Shown: one piece after another, positions 60,612 to 64,000 of the stretch | Layout of the letters: each line of letters begins with the position of its first letter | Numbering within the stretch: the first letter of the stretch is position 1 | Assembly (NCBI GenBank): GCA_963836755.1 | Contig: CAWIKF010000001.1 | Location: 704,001 to 768,000 of the forward strand | Source: an uncultured Verrucomicrobiae bacterium | Lineage (GTDB): Bacteria > Verrucomicrobiota > Verrucomicrobiia > Chthoniobacterales > Chthoniobacteraceae | Length of the DNA stretch: 64,000 nucleotides | Reading direction: 5' to 3' | Program-made: the position numbers and the translations under genes | Notes under the pieces: generated by a model | Seen by the model: only the letters and a program-made list of their open reading frames with translations | What the model was told of the DNA's origin: nothing | Database searches by the model: none

Positions 60612-61760
60612 ATGAATATCAACGATCTCATCTCCGCGACGGCGCGGCCTTATTCGTCGCTGGAGCGCCGGGTGCAAATCGGCGGCTGGTTGTATGCGTT
60701 GCGGACGCTCGCGTTCAGCATGCAAGCGCAGACGGAATCGAACTGGTGCTGGGCGGCGACCTCGACGAGCGTGTCGCTTTTCTATTGGTCGTGGAGCGGC
60801 TGGACGCAGTGCAAGGTGGCTTGCAACGTGGTGAACCTGACGACGTGCTGCGACTCGCCGGTGCCCGATGCTTGCAATCAGCCGGAGAAACTTTCCGACG
60901 CGCTGACGGTGACGAAAAATCTGTCGAGCTTCGTCTCGACGACGGTGAGCTTTGACACGGTGAAAGCGGAGATCGACGCGGGCCGCGTGGTCTGCGCGCG
61001 GATCGGCTGGAGCGGGGGCGGCGGGCATTTTGTGGCGATCCGCGGATACGTGCAGATCCTCGACAGTCTCGATTTTTTCGAGATCGGCGACCCGATTTAC
61101 GGCAACTCAACCGTCTCCGTGTCGGACTTCACGACCAAATACCAGACGACTGGAAGCTGGACACACACCTACTTCACGAAGTCATATATCCACTTGCCTT
61201 TCATCCCCATTCTCGTGGCGGAAGAAGTGCTGCGGCGAATCGCCGAACAGCGCGTCGTGCTCGGCGTGCAGGCGGGGTTGCCGGTGGAGCAGATCGAGAA
61301 ATCGGAAGGGCGAACGATCGGGCTGGCGCACGCGATTTTCACGCTCGGCCTGCACGATCTCGCGCGCGGCGAAGCGCAAGCGGCGCACACGGGCGTGCGG
61401 TTGCTGGAGTTTGAAGGCGCGAAGGCGCGCGCGTTTTTCGATGTCGAGAACGCGCAGACTGGACAGGTGCAGCAGATGTCCGCGAGCGGGCCATATCTGG
61501 AACTTTTTCCGCGAGCGCTGGCGGCATCAAAAGTGGACGACAAGGCGCGTTGCGAGCTGCGACTGCTGCGCGCGCCGGCGCTGAACTTTGAGGCGCTCTG
61601 GCTGCACTTTCCAGAAGGCGCGGAGGACGAGGTGATCCCGCTGCGCGGCTTCCACGGCTTCGCGCCGATGCAGTCGATCCCGTATCGCGAGGCAGTCGAA
61701 AAACTCCGCCACGCCGCGCAGTCAGTGAGCCGCGCTGGCGACGATGAGAAAGGCGCTTGA
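60612..61760 (+). CDS. Papain-like (C39/C70-type) cysteine protease fused to a C-terminal domain
   Basis: MQAQTESNWCWAA (Gln/Cys), GGGHFVAI.GY (His) and IGDP (Asp). C-terminal ELRLLRAPALNFEALWLH...VIPL. Confidence 0.82.
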   Translation: MNINDLISATARPYSSLERRVQIGGWLYALRTLAFSMQAQTESNWCWAATSTSVSLFYWSWSGWTQCKVACNVVNLTTCCDSPVPDACNQPEKLSDALTVTKNLSSFVSTTVSFDTVKAEIDAGRVVCARIGWSGGGGHFVAIRGYVQILDSLDFFEIGDPIYGNSTVSVSDFTTKYQTTGSWTHTYFTKSYIHLPFIPILVAEEVLRRIAEQRVVLGVQAGLPVEQIEKSEGRTIGLAHAIFTLGLHDLARGEAQAAHTGVRLLEFEGAKARAFFDVENAQTGQVQQMSASGPYLELFPRALAASKVDDKARCELRLLRAPALNFEALWLHFPEGAEDEVIPLRGFHGFAPMQSIPYREAVEKLRHAAQSVSRAGDDEKGA

Positions 61761-61898
61761 CCAATTTGCTAGCCAGACGCGGAACAGCTCAGTCTCAACT
61801 TTGACTCCAATCATCGCCCCATGAACGAATTCCCGCCCAACATTCCCGTCACTCCCACCGCCGTCGCTTTCATTTCGTAACCCAACGCCCGCACATTT

Positions 61899-64000
61899 AT
61901 GCCCCGCAAAAAACCTGTCTCCTCGAAACCAGCCGCGTCGAAACCAACCGCCGCGGCGGCGTTTGAAAATCCCGCCGCCTTCGCGGATCGCGCGAATACT
62001 TTTCGCTTCGTCGAAAATGAACGCGCAAGCGCGCCGCCGCCATTTTCGACGCAGAAAATGTTTGTCACCGGTCCGCCGCAGCCGCGCGGTTTTGTGCAGG
62101 TCGAGGTGCCCGATGCGGCGCTGGATGAGGTGATCGCGCAGCGCCACGCAGCGGTCACACATATTTACCGGACGTTAAACGGAATGTCTGGCGACCTGCA
62201 GGACTTTTTTCCAAAGCTCGACGAAACGCTGCCGACGTCGGCGGATGGAATCTTGTTGAACCCGGACGGCACGCCCGCGGCGGGAGTTTCGGTGGAAGCG
62301 CTCGAGCCGGTTTACGCGAAAGACGAAGCGATTGGCAAAAATGCTTTGGCGAAAGCCGGCTGGACGCCGCCCCTGGCGGTGACCGATGCGCGCGGCGCGT
62401 TTCGGCTCAATTTGCCGACCGTGCCGATCCCGGCTCAGGGCTTGCAACTGCAAATCCGTGGCGCGAACGCGCTGCTGCAGGCGAATGTAAAAAATGTTTT
62501 GCTCAACGAAGGACGCTTGGGGTTGATCCCGATCCAGCAGGCGCTTTTGCCGTTGCCACAGGAAAGCGTGGTCGCGCAGTTGAAAGGGATTCAGGCGGAC
62601 ATCATCGCAACGGCGCCGGAAGATGTAGTGAACCGGCCGGATCAATTTGCCGCGCCCGCGCAGCAGATGACGATCGGCCAGGGCGATTGCGCCCGGCTTT
62701 TCCGCTCGAACAGCGGCGTGATCGACAGTTTTCGCTACTCAACTTTAATCCGGTTGATCGAGCCGCAGATGAATGTCTGGCAGCCGATTTTTCGCATTCC
62801 ATTTGAGCGCGATCGCTTTTTACCGTTCGCGCTGCCGAGTGCGAATGACGCGATCTGGGGACTGACCGATGCGCAGACTGCGGTGCAAAAGTTGCACGCG
62901 CTCGGCAAGCTGACGCTCGTCAATCGCGCGCCGGTGAGCCAGCCGATCGACGTGACGCTTTTCCACAACCAGATCGAGACCGCGCCGGTCGCGCTGCCGA
63001 AAGCATCGACCCTCGGGCTCGGCTACGTGGTGCACATGCAGCAGACGTGGATTCCGGCGGGCATGTCGCTGGGCGATCTCGTTTATTCGCTCCCGCTCGC
63101 GCCGGGCGAGCAGCAGCGCATCGCGATCGAGGAAAGCACGAAGACGCTCACCGACCAGTCGCGGCAAACTTTTTCCGAAGATGAATTGCAGACCTTTCGC
63201 GAAACGCAGGATTCATCGGCGCTGGCGACGTTTCAGTCGGCGTTCGACGAGGCCGCGCGCGGCGGCAGCCACATGGATTCGTCAAGCACCACCGGCAGCA
63301 TGGCAGGCGAAGCCTCGACCGGAATCGTCGGCGCGATCTTCGGCGGCGGCGGCGTATCGGGCGGCTTTTCAAGTTCATCGTCGAGCGGGAACACGAGCAG
63401 TTGGCAAAACACGAGCCGCGATTTCACATCGAATGCCGCGCAGGACATGCACTCGGCGCTCAACCGCGTCGCCGCCGCGAGCCGGCGCGGATCGCAAACG
63501 AGCATTCGTGTGGCGACGGAAACCGAGCGGACGTCGGTCACGACGCGCGTCGTCACGAACCACAACAAAGGCCACGCGCTGACGATGCAATGGTGGCAGG
63601 TGCTCAGGCATTTTTCCGTGACGTCGGAAGTGGACGACGTGCAGATGGTTTGTTTCGTGCCGCTGGAGCTGGTGCAATTTTTGCCCGAAGGCCAGCCGTT
63701 CAGTCTGCCGGGAATGCCCGGCGAAGAGAACGGGCCGCCGCTCGCGTTCGGCCTCACGCCGCGCCAGTTTTTGCTCAACCGCTACGCGATGGTGCTGCGC
63801 TATTGGGATGTGATCATTCCGTTTTTTCGACGCAATGCGGAATACGCATACGGCATCCGGGCGCTGCGCGATTTCGCGGCGAACCCTGAGGCGGTGCCGG
63901 AAAAATCGAAGCTGCAGGCCGACGTGGTGCATTTCACGATCGAGGGAACTTTCATGCCGTTCGAGCAGGCGTGGGTCACGGTGGTCAGCAAAAGCGGCTC
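61899..64000 (+). CDS. Large hypothetical protein, 3'-partial, putative pore-forming-toxin-like
   Basis: Not in the ORF track because it runs off the window. Manual translation from ATG 61899 (MPRKKPVSS...) includes QQTWIPAGMSLGDLVYSLPLAPGEQQRIAI, a Ser/Gly/Thr-rich segment and TRVVTNHNKGHALTMQWWQVLRHFSV. Confidence 0.8.
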   Translation, partial: MPRKKPVSSKPAASKPTAAAAFENPAAFADRANTFRFVENERASAPPPFSTQKMFVTGPPQPRGFVQVEVPDAALDEVIAQRHAAVTHIYRTLNGMSGDLQDFFPKLDETLPTSADGILLNPDGTPAAGVSVEALEPVYAKDEAIGKNALAKAGWTPPLAVTDARGAFRLNLPTVPIPAQGLQLQIRGANALLQANVKNVLLNEGRLGLIPIQQALLPLPQESVVAQLKGIQADIIATAPEDVVNRPDQFAAPAQQMTIGQGDCARLFRSNSGVIDSFRYSTLIRLIEPQMNVWQPIFRIPFERDRFLPFALPSANDAIWGLTDAQTAVQKLHALGKLTLVNRAPVSQPIDVTLFHNQIETAPVALPKASTLGLGYVVHMQQTWIPAGMSLGDLVYSLPLAPGEQQRIAIEESTKTLTDQSRQTFSEDELQTFRETQDSSALATFQSAFDEAARGGSHMDSSSTTGSMAGEASTGIVGAIFGGGGVSGGFSSSSSSGNTSSWQNTSRDFTSNAAQDMHSALNRVAAASRRGSQTSIRVATETERTSVTTRVVTNHNKGHALTMQWWQVLRHFSVTSEVDDVQMVCFVPLELVQFLPEGQPFSLPGMPGEENGPPLAFGLTPRQFLLNRYAMVLRYWDVIIPFFRRNAEYAYGIRALRDFAANPEAVPEKSKLQADVVHFTIEGTFMPFEQAWVTVVSKSG

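Overview
This window looks like chromosomal DNA from a Verrucomicrobiota bacterium (Chthoniobacterales/Spartobacteria-like), judged from the four-gene Verru_Chthon pilin-like cassette and the GC-rich coding style. About 0.7-38 kb is mostly housekeeping: rnr, PUR-family protein, ppdK, ada, an orphan MCP, a coupled CbiX/DR2241/amidohydrolase/DD-carboxypeptidase run, a TMTC-like GT-C protein, ECF sigma/anti-sigma, ferritin-like protein, modAB, secG, oppA, an LpxL-WaaF fusion, frr, pyrH and tRNA-Arg(TCT). A lower-GC block at 18.8-28.3 kb carries deoxysugar genes and the Verru_Chthon cassette. About 38-64 kb is largely accessory. Several single-base indels in short homopolymers (rnr, SDR, waaF) suggest long-read consensus errors. 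The most unusual signal is a recurring module: a degenerate tandem array with a 21-bp period directly upstream of a small cytoplasmic gene. It occurs twice, at 38.2 kb and 51.5 kb, and the second array is built of palindromic units. Orphan FN3-like C-terminal gene remnants (0.5 kb, 52.6 kb) and attC-like sequences lie next to low-GC cassette-like genes. The 47.9-64 kb region is a mosaic of hydrolases (papain-like proteases, DUF900 esterase, GH75-like, lytic transglycosylase-like), duplicated membrane proteins and a large putative pore-former that runs off the window end. All family calls come from motif recognition by eye; no searches were run.
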